Source: Candidatus Campbellbacteria bacterium (lineage in GTDB: Bacteria; Patescibacteriota; Minisyncoccia; Phycocordibacterales; EsbW-18). From it: 64,000 nt of DNA. Shown here piece after piece: positions 28,757 through 35,847 of the stretch. The notes beneath the pieces are model-generated. The model worked only from the letters and a program-made list of their open reading frames with translations. It was not told the origin of the DNA and ran no database searches. The translations under genes were made by a program, and so were the position numbers. The stretch covers positions 20,641-84,640 of the forward strand of contig JANLIT010000001.1 of the NCBI GenBank assembly GCA_024653945.1, given 5' to 3'. The first letter of the stretch is position 1, and every line of letters starts with the position of its first letter.

Positions 28757-28900
28757 TGATTTTCCAAAATCACGTCGCGCAAGTGTTGATTCTGCAGAAT
28801 CATGTCACGTACTGTCCATTAAAACGTGACCAAAAGCGCGACGTAATGAGCGAAATTGTGTCACGTACCTGATTCTGCGGAATCATGTCGCGAGACCGAT
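28757..28900 (-). promoter_or_regulatory. upstream region of the zincin gene carrying palindromes (gattctgcagaatc twice) and a hairpin gtcacgt-N13-acgtgac
   Basis: Read directly. The hairpin has the same architecture and a near-identical loop (ctgtccatt) as the element upstream of the adjacent ATL gene. Confidence 0.5.
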
Positions 28901-28903
28901 TCA

Positions 28904-29233
28904 TTAAAATTCATACAACACATCCCAGAAATATTTGATGCGGTCATTTTTTTCTATTTCTATTCCCTCTTGTTTGTAGAGTTTCATGCGTTGTGCCCTG
29001 TACTGCTCGTTTATCCAGATTCTCCCATCAGCATATACAATTCTATGAAAAGGGATTGATGCGCCTTCACCCTCTGCTTTTCCAAGTATTGAGGTAATGC
29101 TTTGTGCTGACATTGCACCACCACCTGCACTACGTGCAATACGCCCGTACGTCGTCACACGTCCGCTTGGGATTTTTTGTGCAAGGCGTACAACACGTTC
29201 GCTAAATGTTGGCCCAAGTACTTTTTTCTTCAT
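28904..29233 (-). CDS. alkyltransferase-like protein (MGMT DNA-binding domain with Phe in place of the catalytic Cys)
   Basis: YGRIARSAGGGAMSAQSITSILGKAEGEGASIPFHRIVYADGRI. The MGMT fold motif PCHRV reads PFHRI here. Confidence 0.6.
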   Translation of the reverse strand: MKKKVLGPTFSERVVRLAQKIPSGRVTTYGRIARSAGGGAMSAQSITSILGKAEGEGASIPFHRIVYADGRIWINEQYRAQRMKLYKQEGIEIEKNDRIKYFWDVLYEF

Positions 29234-29234
29234 A

Positions 29235-29283
29235 CGATTTCACAAAATCGCGTCGCGTAACTGTCCATTGAAACGCGACACCC
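29235..29283 (-). promoter_or_regulatory. operator/5'-UTR hairpin gtcgcgt-N14-acgcgac upstream of the ATL gene
   Basis: cgatttcacaaaatcgcgtcgcgt aactgtccattgaa acgcgac. The stem shows compensatory A/G-T/C changes relative to the 28804-28830 copy, while the loop is conserved. Confidence 0.5.
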
Positions 29284-29300
29284 TTATTCTACCATTCGCG

Positions 29301-29351
29301 CGCCTGCCTGCCCTGCCTGCCCTGCCTGCCGGCAGGCAGGCGGCAGGCAGG
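29301..29351. repeat. G/C-rich tandem-plus-inverted repeat (gcctgccct x3, then ggcaggcaggcggcaggcagg), a strong hairpin/cruciform
   Basis: Read directly. It marks the boundary between the ATL gene region and a GC-rich non-coding stretch. Confidence 0.7.
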
Positions 29352-30249
29352 AATTAGGGAATATAAAACGTAAAATATGGAAAATAATAATATGGAATAG
29401 AGAAAAGGCCCGAGCGCAAGCGTCGGACCTCTTCAGTAACTACCGGCGACCGGCAATGATACTGGAAAAAAGAACGGAATCTACGTCGACCTCTGGAGCG
29501 AACTCCTGAGGATAGATTAAGACGTTGGGAACAGAGCGGCCTATCGCTCTTGGATGATTTTGCGTGTCGCGACCGAAGTCGAGAGCACGTGTCCTGGGTT
29601 GGACATCATCCGTTCCCACGAGCCCTGTGTTTCACTGATGTGTCACACAGAACCATTACCGAGTTATTGCAGAAAGGGTGAGCTCCCTGCGATTTCTCGT
29701 TTGCCTCTGAGGCGATCGTGACCAATTCCTTTTAAGGGCGCTGGTCTCGTTCGTTGTGATGATGTCTGAAGGGTTTTGAGTCCTCCGAACACCCCACTGT
29801 AGAAGTTGTCGATTCTGCCGCAAGCGACAGAGTGCTAGGTCCGACATCTCCTCCTGGTGCAATGGAAACCGAGTTGCTCGCAAGATTGCTCCCGCGTGCT
29901 TCTCTCCCATAGTTTCCCTCGGCTCATTCCACGTTGTCTCACATCGACATTCCCTTTGAGGAGAAGCAAACCGAAGTTCGCAGTCATCCCAACTGGACTA
30001 TCGCGTCTGATGCTAGGCACCGGACTGAAGTGGTTTCAGAGAGAACATTGCACTGTTCTCCTTACCGTGTAACCAATCACTCTCGGTTTGTTGTGGTCCT
30101 CTTGCGAGAGCCGTAACGTACCGCATGCTTGGTATGTGAGAAGTATACGGATAGTGAAGTTGTTGTCAATCACATATCTCGTTTCTCAATAAAAAATACC
30201 TTTCGTCAAATTTTTTGTTTAAATGCATCCCTGTACCGAAAACAGCACG

Positions 30250-30278
30250 TTGACATACAGGAGATACCTGTATACTAT
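30250..30278 (+). promoter_or_regulatory. sigma70-type promoter TTGACA-N17-TACTAT whose spacer is a perfect palindrome (tacagg agat acctgta), a candidate operator
   Basis: -35 at 30250-30255, -10 at 30273-30278, exact 17-bp spacer. The inverted repeat spans 30256-30272. Confidence 0.6.
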
Positions 30279-30558
30279 CCATTTTGGTTCAGGCAAACAC
30301 TCGGTGGCTTGCTGGTCTTTCTGGGGGCGGGGATGAGCCCAAACCTAGAGAGTTTAAAGGGCGATGAGCCCGAACAGCCAATAGTAGACAGGAAACTGCT
30401 ACTGTTTCGAGGGTTCAATTCCCTTGGGGTGGCGGAGAGATGATCTTGAGTAGCGTAGACTAGGCGGGAGACGGAGAAGCTTTGGCTCTGGCCAAGGTGG
30501 AGTCGCCACTGAAAAACCGCCCTCTCAGGAAATATGCTCGAAGTCGCTTGAACCACAG

Positions 30559-30592
30559 TGTCACTCTTTCGGGGGTGACATTTTATTTTTTT
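30559..30592 (+). terminator. intrinsic terminator on the + strand (tgtcac...gtgaca followed by ttttattttttt)
   Basis: Hairpin followed by a 12-nt T-rich run. It closes a ~300-nt transcription unit that starts at the 30250 promoter. Confidence 0.5.
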
Positions 30593-30595
30593 ACA

Positions 30596-31162
30596 TTACT
30601 TTTCTCGCCGAAAACAATCAACGGAGTGGTCATTCACCATTCCCGTTGCCTGCATGTGTGCATACACCGTTGTTGAGCCAAGAAACTTAAATCCACGTTT
30701 TTTTAAGTCCAATGCAAGCGCATCCGATTCTTTTATTGTTGGTTTGTAGTCCTTGAGTGTTTTTATTTTGTGTTGGATTGGTTTTCCGCCAACAAAACTC
30801 CATATATATTTTGAAAACGTGCCAAATTCTTTCTGTACTTCAAGAAAACGCCGTGCATTGTTAATTGCCGCTTCAATTTTTGCACGGTTGCGAATGATGC
30901 CCTCATTTGTAAGAAGCTGACGTACTTCCCTTTTTCCAAAAAGTGCTACTCTCGAGGGATTAAACTGCGAAAATGCTTTTCTATAGTTTTCTCTTTTGCG
31001 CAACACCGTGAGCCACGAAAGACCGGCTTGTGCACTTTCAAGCACGAGAAATTCAAAAATCTTTTTGTCGTCATATACAGGAACACCCCACTCTTCGTCG
31101 TGGTACTTCTCATAGAGTTCGTCACCAATTTTGATCCACGGACAACGTTTTTTCATACACAC
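30596..31162 (-). CDS. tag: DNA-3-methyladenine glycosylase I
   Basis: YHDEEWGVPVYDDKKIFEFLVLESAQAGLSWLTVLRKRENYRKAF...IIRNRAKIEAAINNA matches the Tag family. Confidence 0.85.
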   Translation of the reverse strand: MCMKKRCPWIKIGDELYEKYHDEEWGVPVYDDKKIFEFLVLESAQAGLSWLTVLRKRENYRKAFSQFNPSRVALFGKREVRQLLTNEGIIRNRAKIEAAINNARRFLEVQKEFGTFSKYIWSFVGGKPIQHKIKTLKDYKPTIKESDALALDLKKRGFKFLGSTTVYAHMQATGMVNDHSVDCFRREK

Positions 31163-31308
31163 ATTCTACCACTGTAAAAAGAGCCCTAATATAATATAAA
31201 AAAGAAAAGATGCCCGACACCATTTTTCATTTTTACTGGCGTTTTAATATATTAGATTGACTCTTCTCGTGCCTCGATAATTTATCTTAATTAATTTTAG
31301 AGTTGTAA

Positions 31309-32535
31309 TTATTTAATATTTTTAATTATAGATTTGAATTCAGGCTTATTCTTATAAAAAGTGAAAATTTCCCATTCGTCTATTTCTTTTTTTCCTACGG
31401 TTTTTGCCTTGATTAATTTACTTAAATATTTATAAAAATCTTTGTGTTTTTCCAATAAAGCAAATTTACACATCTCAAAATCATCTCTAGTTAAGCTCCA
31501 ATCTTCTAACAGTAAAACTTTTTCTATATCTTCCAATTTTTTCCCTTGTTTTTTTAATCCAATACAGTAGTTAATAGCTATGTATTTTTTCTCAGAAGCA
31601 TCTATTTTGAGATTTGAAATAAAATTATATATGGATTTTGTATAATTATATTGTTCATGTTTGACTAAATAATGTAATGGATTGGTTAATAAAAAATTTT
31701 TATTTTTTATTTCTTCAGAAAAGTTAAGTTGAGCTTCTTGAATGATATAAGTTCCTATAAAATACAATAAGTAAAGTGAATCGGTAAGATATTTGTCTGT
31801 TATAGTTATAGTTTTGTTTGAATTATTTTTTTCGTCTCCATATCTTTTAATATACTCTCGATCCTTTTTTCCTTCATTGTGAACAATAAGATTTCTTATT
31901 TTAATTAATTTTTTTAAATCTTCCAAATTTTTACTAATTGGATCTAAATTAAGAGCCATGTCCTTTTTTAAAACTTTTAGTTTTCGATCTAATCCTTTTT
32001 CAATCAAAAGAGCTTCAATTTCTCTGTCAATTAGAAATTTTTGGGCCTCTGCTATGTTTTCTATATTTTCTAGCTCTTTATAGTTGATTGACTGATTTTC
32101 TAATGATAATTTCTTGTAATTCTTTTTATAATAAAAACTAAATAATTTCGAAAGTAAAATATCTAAAGTTGAAACCATAGACACTATAGTATTTTGTGCA
32201 AATAAATGTCCTTGTAATGGTTGTGTCTTTAAAACATCAACAAGTATCTCAGAAACATTACTTAATTCTTTTTTTGAAAATTTAAGTTTTAACTTACCTT
32301 TGGCATGATTTTTATTTTCCTTGGCTTTTTTCTTTAATACTTCCAAAAAGGGTTTAAGCTTTTTATTGTCATATTCTTGCGCATGTTTCCCAATTTCTCT
32401 AATTGATATTTCTTGAAGAAAAATATTGTTTTCAAAAACATTCTGCATATGTCTAAAAGAATCAATGTTCGTATTTGCCTCCCCTTTGATTAACTTTGTT
32501 TGTTGTTTTATTTTTGGTATCTTTTTAGTCTTCAT
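31309..32535 (-). CDS. Lys-rich hypothetical protein with a HEPN-like Rx4H motif (putative abortive-infection/defence RNase); extremely AT-rich (~27% GC)
   Basis: The motif KIRNLIVHNEG (R-x4-H) sits mid-protein in a 408-aa protein. Composition is roughly 15-30 points below its neighbours. It is a single gene with no operon partners. Confidence 0.5.
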   Translation of the reverse strand: MKTKKIPKIKQQTKLIKGEANTNIDSFRHMQNVFENNIFLQEISIREIGKHAQEYDNKKLKPFLEVLKKKAKENKNHAKGKLKLKFSKKELSNVSEILVDVLKTQPLQGHLFAQNTIVSMVSTLDILLSKLFSFYYKKNYKKLSLENQSINYKELENIENIAEAQKFLIDREIEALLIEKGLDRKLKVLKKDMALNLDPISKNLEDLKKLIKIRNLIVHNEGKKDREYIKRYGDEKNNSNKTITITDKYLTDSLYLLYFIGTYIIQEAQLNFSEEIKNKNFLLTNPLHYLVKHEQYNYTKSIYNFISNLKIDASEKKYIAINYCIGLKKQGKKLEDIEKVLLLEDWSLTRDDFEMCKFALLEKHKDFYKYLSKLIKAKTVGKKEIDEWEIFTFYKNKPEFKSIIKNIK

Positions 32536-32737
32536 ATTTATATGATATATCTTAAGAAATAGGGTCAGGCACCTTTTAATATCCCCACCATACACCCGAA
32601 AAACGAAAAGACAATGTGCACGAACAGTGGCAAGATTAAACCTCGCTCACGTAAAACCAAAAAGCCAAGTAAAAGAAAAGCCGCGTCCCGGGAGTTGTAT
32701 CCGGAAACGCGGTCTCAAAAAAGTGGTCAAACAGAGT

Positions 32738-33232
32738 CTAGAACGGCAACTCATCCTCCAACTCATCGAGAAGGATTGGCACCAGTGAATTACTGCTTAC
32801 TTCGGCAATCGCTTGAACACCACCTTCCTCGAGTAGACCACTCCCGATGGCGATGGTTAGCACGATTACCTCATCACCGTGTTCAGGGAACCCAGAGAAT
32901 GCAATGACAAGATTGCCGGCTCTGATACCACCGCCGTAGTGCTTCGGCTCAGTGTTGAGGTCGCGGCTCTGCCAAGCACTCACGTGGCCACGATTCTCCA
33001 GGAGTCGCTTGCCCTTGTCGAGAGCATTGGCGAGACACCGGCCCCGCCGAGCAACGTCATTCATGTTGCCCACCAGAGCAGAAAGTACTGGTGATGCGTC
33101 CGGACCGGCGTCGTTATCAAAAACGCACAGATAACCGCCAAGATTCCCGTCCTCAACCATCTGGGAAAGAGTCCTGGAACCAAGCGCCCTTTCAGCGAGC
33201 CGGAGAATTTTACCCAAATTTGGATATATCAC
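32738..33232 (-). CDS. GlcG/HbpS-like (DUF336) protein, GC-rich (~55%)
   Basis: LCVFDNDAG ... YGGGIRAGNLVIAFSGFPEHGDEVIV resembles the GlcG-family blocks. Weak. Confidence 0.35.
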   Translation of the reverse strand: MIYPNLGKILRLAERALGSRTLSQMVEDGNLGGYLCVFDNDAGPDASPVLSALVGNMNDVARRGRCLANALDKGKRLLENRGHVSAWQSRDLNTEPKHYGGGIRAGNLVIAFSGFPEHGDEVIVLTIAIGSGLLEEGGVQAIAEVSSNSLVPILLDELEDELPF

Positions 33233-33332
33233 GTAGACCTCTCCTTCTTCGGTTTAATCCTAGGAACCGCCTAGTACGGGTTCACACCTGCCGTGAGTAT
33301 ACTCACAAGGACAAATTTGTAAAGAAAAGAAT

Positions 33333-33424
33333 CATGTGACCCTATCGGGATTCGCCTCTCGCCGTACTCGGCTCGAAACCTTCGGCGTCTCTTCGACGCC
33401 TGCGGCCCGCGGTTCGAATCCCTG
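33333..33424. other. tRNA-like remnant: a partial duplicate of the 3' end of tRNA-Glu (tgtgaccctatcgggattcgcc against tgtgacctcatcgggattcgaa), plus a GGTTCGAATCC T-loop-like motif with no foldable cloverleaf
   Basis: A 20-of-22-nt match to the 3' end of the adjacent tRNA. I could not fold a canonical tRNA. Confidence 0.35.
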
Positions 33425-33475
33425 GACTCACAAAAGAAAATACCCCAGATGAACTGAGATATTTTCTTTCGCGTG

Positions 33476-33550
33476 TGACCTCATCGGGATTCGAACCCGA
33501 GTTTACACCTTGAGAAGGTGACGTCCTGGACCAGGCTAGACGATGAGGCC
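33476..33550 (-). tRNA. tRNA-Glu (anticodon CUC)
   Basis: The reverse complement folds as a cloverleaf: acceptor GGCCTCA/TGAGGTC, D-arm with GG, anticodon loop TTCTCAA, T-arm TCGGG-TTCGAAT-CCCGA, discriminator A. CCA is not encoded. Confidence 0.8.
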
Positions 33551-33675
33551 GTGTTGCACAGGATAACGAAAATAAGAACATCAGGCAAGGAATATTCTTT
33601 TTGATTGACTAAAAAAAGTCTATGTATAGTATACCTATAGACACGTTCACAAAGTGCAACCAAGGGGGAGTCCAA

Positions 33676-33942
33676 ATGAACAGTCTCACCGCTCTGATGT
33701 TTGTGGTGTACTTCGGCTTCATCCTTGCCGTAGTGAACATCAAACCACTCTCAGATGCACTCATCGGCACCAACCAGGATACGGGAGAAAGTCATCCTGT
33801 GGCACTCCGGATCATCGGAGGCGCCGTCTACTTCCCGATCTGTAGCGTCGTGCTGTTCTGTCTGGGATGGTTGATGCTGAAGTTGGGGGGATTCATGCTT
33901 CTCCCCTTCCAGTACCTGTACAACCTACTCCCTACGACGTAG
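33676..33942 (+). CDS. small membrane protein (2-3 TM helices)
   Basis: The ATG is preceded by AAGGGGGAG. Hydrophobic helices. Confidence 0.45.
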   Translation: MNSLTALMFVVYFGFILAVVNIKPLSDALIGTNQDTGESHPVALRIIGGAVYFPICSVVLFCLGWLMLKLGGFMLLPFQYLYNLLPTT

Positions 33943-34090
33943 ACATCGCGAAGTTCTTGGGAGGCGGCAACCGAGCATGGTTGCCGCTTTTCTATTACAT
34001 TGATTTTGTTAGAGTTTTAAACTCTAACAGGATTGACAACTTCTGTTTCAGGTAGAGAATGGGTCTAGAAACAAAAGGAGGAGGTACCCA

Positions 34091-34303
34091 ATGCTTCCAA
34101 TGAAATTTCCTGTAGGAACGGTAGTTGAAGCAGTTCTCCATCACAGTATGGGTGATGTTGGCGTTGTAGTGAGTGCTGTAGAAAAAACATCACCTGGCTA
34201 CAAGAATGGTGAGCTCTTTCTCCAGTACACATTCAAACTCTTGGGCGACAACGGCACACGCGAAATGCCTGAGTTCTGGCTCAAGCAGTGCGAGAGAAAG
34301 TAA
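34091..34303 (+). CDS. small hypothetical protein (70 aa)
   Basis: Very strong SD (AAAGGAGGAGG) seven nt before the ATG. A hairpin at 34306-34340 follows the stop. Confidence 0.45.
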   Translation: MLPMKFPVGTVVEAVLHHSMGDVGVVVSAVEKTSPGYKNGELFLQYTFKLLGDNGTREMPEFWLKQCERK

Positions 34304-34393
34304 GGCCCGACACGATGGTTTGTGCCGGGTTTCTGTTTTTATCTTTCTGTCCACCTACAACCTGTTCGCGTAAGCGCTCACAACGGTTGTTGC

Positions 34394-34573
34394 TCGCCAA
34401 ATGGCGAGCACCAGATTAAAAGATAAGCAGTTATCTTTTAATCCACCTCCTTTCGGTCGGATATAAATCTCCACAGGAGATCTATATCCACCTACGGTCT
34501 ACTTCGCCTTGCTCAGTAACGACCGTTGCACTTCGTGCACCGGAGCAAACGCTAAGCAGTTAGCGTTTGCTCC
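34394..34573. repeat. three consecutive palindromes with 4-nt centres: ctcgccaaatggcgag; ttaaaagataa-gcag-ttatcttttaa; ggatataaatctcc-acag-ggagatctatatcc; ggagcaaacgctaa-gcag-ttagcgtttgctcc
   Basis: Read directly. Two of them share the core TAAGCAGTTA. The last overlaps the murF stop codon. Confidence 0.7.
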
Positions 34574-35843
34574 ATTCTGTCCCCTGTCGTACTAAAAGTG
34601 AATCTGCTTGCTCTGGGTGTGCAAGAAGTTCTTTGGTAACGTGTTCAACGCGCACCGATTGAGAACCTTTGAGTAATACAACATCACCCTCTTTTAAAAT
34701 ACTTTTTACAAAAAGCCCCGCCTCTTGAGAAGCATCAAAACTTTCAACTCGCATCACACCAGTATCTTTTGCACTTTGTACCGCACCTCGCATGCGACTA
34801 CCGACCGTCACCAACACATCAATACCCGAACACCACGTCCCAACATCCGCATGCGCACTTTCTGAAAATTTTCCAAGTTCCATCATGTCTCCCAAGACAG
34901 CGATTTTTCGTTTTCCTTTAATATCCTGCAGTGTTTTGAGAGCACTCTCTACGGCAACAGGAGATGCGTTGTACGTATCATCTATCAAGGTTGCATTGTG
35001 AAGCCCTTTGAGAAGACGCATGCGCCCCGGGGGAAGCACCACAGTACGTAAGGCATCCGTTACACCTACCAAGTTGAGTCCTTGAGAAAGTCCAAAAGCA
35101 CATGCAGCAAGACATGGATACATGAGATGTTGCCCCACAACACCACGTAGTTCAAAGGGAACGATGTTGCCCCCATGAATTATTTTAAATGCGCATCCTG
35201 TTGGTGCTCCTGTATCGTCATACACAACAGAATAGAAATCGCCCCGAACATCTGCGTTGTCATTGCGCCCGTAGGTGAGTGTTTTGTGTGTTGAAGCATC
35301 TTTCAAACCTAGCACCTGTTCGTCATCATAGGAGAGGACGAGTGTTCCTTTTTGGCACAGACCATCAATAATCTTCTTTTTTTCCTCAAACACTTCCTGC
35401 GGAGAAGAAAAAAATTCAACGTGTACGGGAGTAACGCCCACATGCGTGATAATCGCACTATCAAGGCGTACCCACGATACTGAACGCTTCATATCCCCTG
35501 GGTGATCTACCCCCATTTCAAGAACAAGCCACTTTGGATATGGTTTTGAAAAAATAATAAGACCTATACCATGAAAAAAAACCTGTAGCCACCCCGAAGC
35601 ACTCCCCCACGCAGTTTCGCATCCAAGTACCGTCAGAGGAATACCGAGTTCCGAGTTATAACTTTTTTCACTTGCGCGCACTGAACCAAAAAGTGTAGCA
35701 ACACTGGCAACAGCATCTTTGGTTGAGGTTTTACCAACACTTCCTGTGATACCAACGATGTACGGCGCATACTTCGCCAAAATAATTCGCGCCTCAAGTG
35801 TGAGGAGGATAACAACTATTTTTTTAAAAAAAGATTTAATCAT
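34560..35843 (-). CDS. murF: UDP-N-acetylmuramoyl-tripeptide--D-alanyl-D-alanine ligase
   Basis: IVGITGSVGKTSTKD P-loop, with Mur ligase middle and C-terminal domains. Confidence 0.85.
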   Translation of the reverse strand: MIKSFFKKIVVILLTLEARIILAKYAPYIVGITGSVGKTSTKDAVASVATLFGSVRASEKSYNSELGIPLTVLGCETAWGSASGWLQVFFHGIGLIIFSKPYPKWLVLEMGVDHPGDMKRSVSWVRLDSAIITHVGVTPVHVEFFSSPQEVFEEKKKIIDGLCQKGTLVLSYDDEQVLGLKDASTHKTLTYGRNDNADVRGDFYSVVYDDTGAPTGCAFKIIHGGNIVPFELRGVVGQHLMYPCLAACAFGLSQGLNLVGVTDALRTVVLPPGRMRLLKGLHNATLIDDTYNASPVAVESALKTLQDIKGKRKIAVLGDMMELGKFSESAHADVGTWCSGIDVLVTVGSRMRGAVQSAKDTGVMRVESFDASQEAGLFVKSILKEGDVVLLKGSQSVRVEHVTKELLAHPEQADSLLVRQGTEWSKR

Positions 35844-35847
35844 GTTT

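Noticed and set aside
29400-30120. RNase P RNA, SRP RNA or group II intron
   Set aside because: The conserved P4 (AGGAAAGUCCGG / ACAGAACCCGG in correct order), SRP domain IV and intron domain V/5' GUGYG signatures are not present. I left it as unassigned non-coding sequence.
30341-30450. tRNA or tmRNA gene suggested by a good T-arm (gagggttcaattccctt)
   Set aside because: I found no acceptor-stem pairing, anticodon arm or CCA context. The tmRNA 5' GGGG/3' ACCA pairing and a tag-peptide reading frame are absent. I kept it only as a motif inside the candidate sRNA.
33338-33424. Second intact tRNA next to tRNA-Glu
   Set aside because: A T-loop-like GGTTCGAATCC is present, but I could build no T-stem, anticodon arm or acceptor pairing in either orientation. 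I treat it as a degenerate duplicate.
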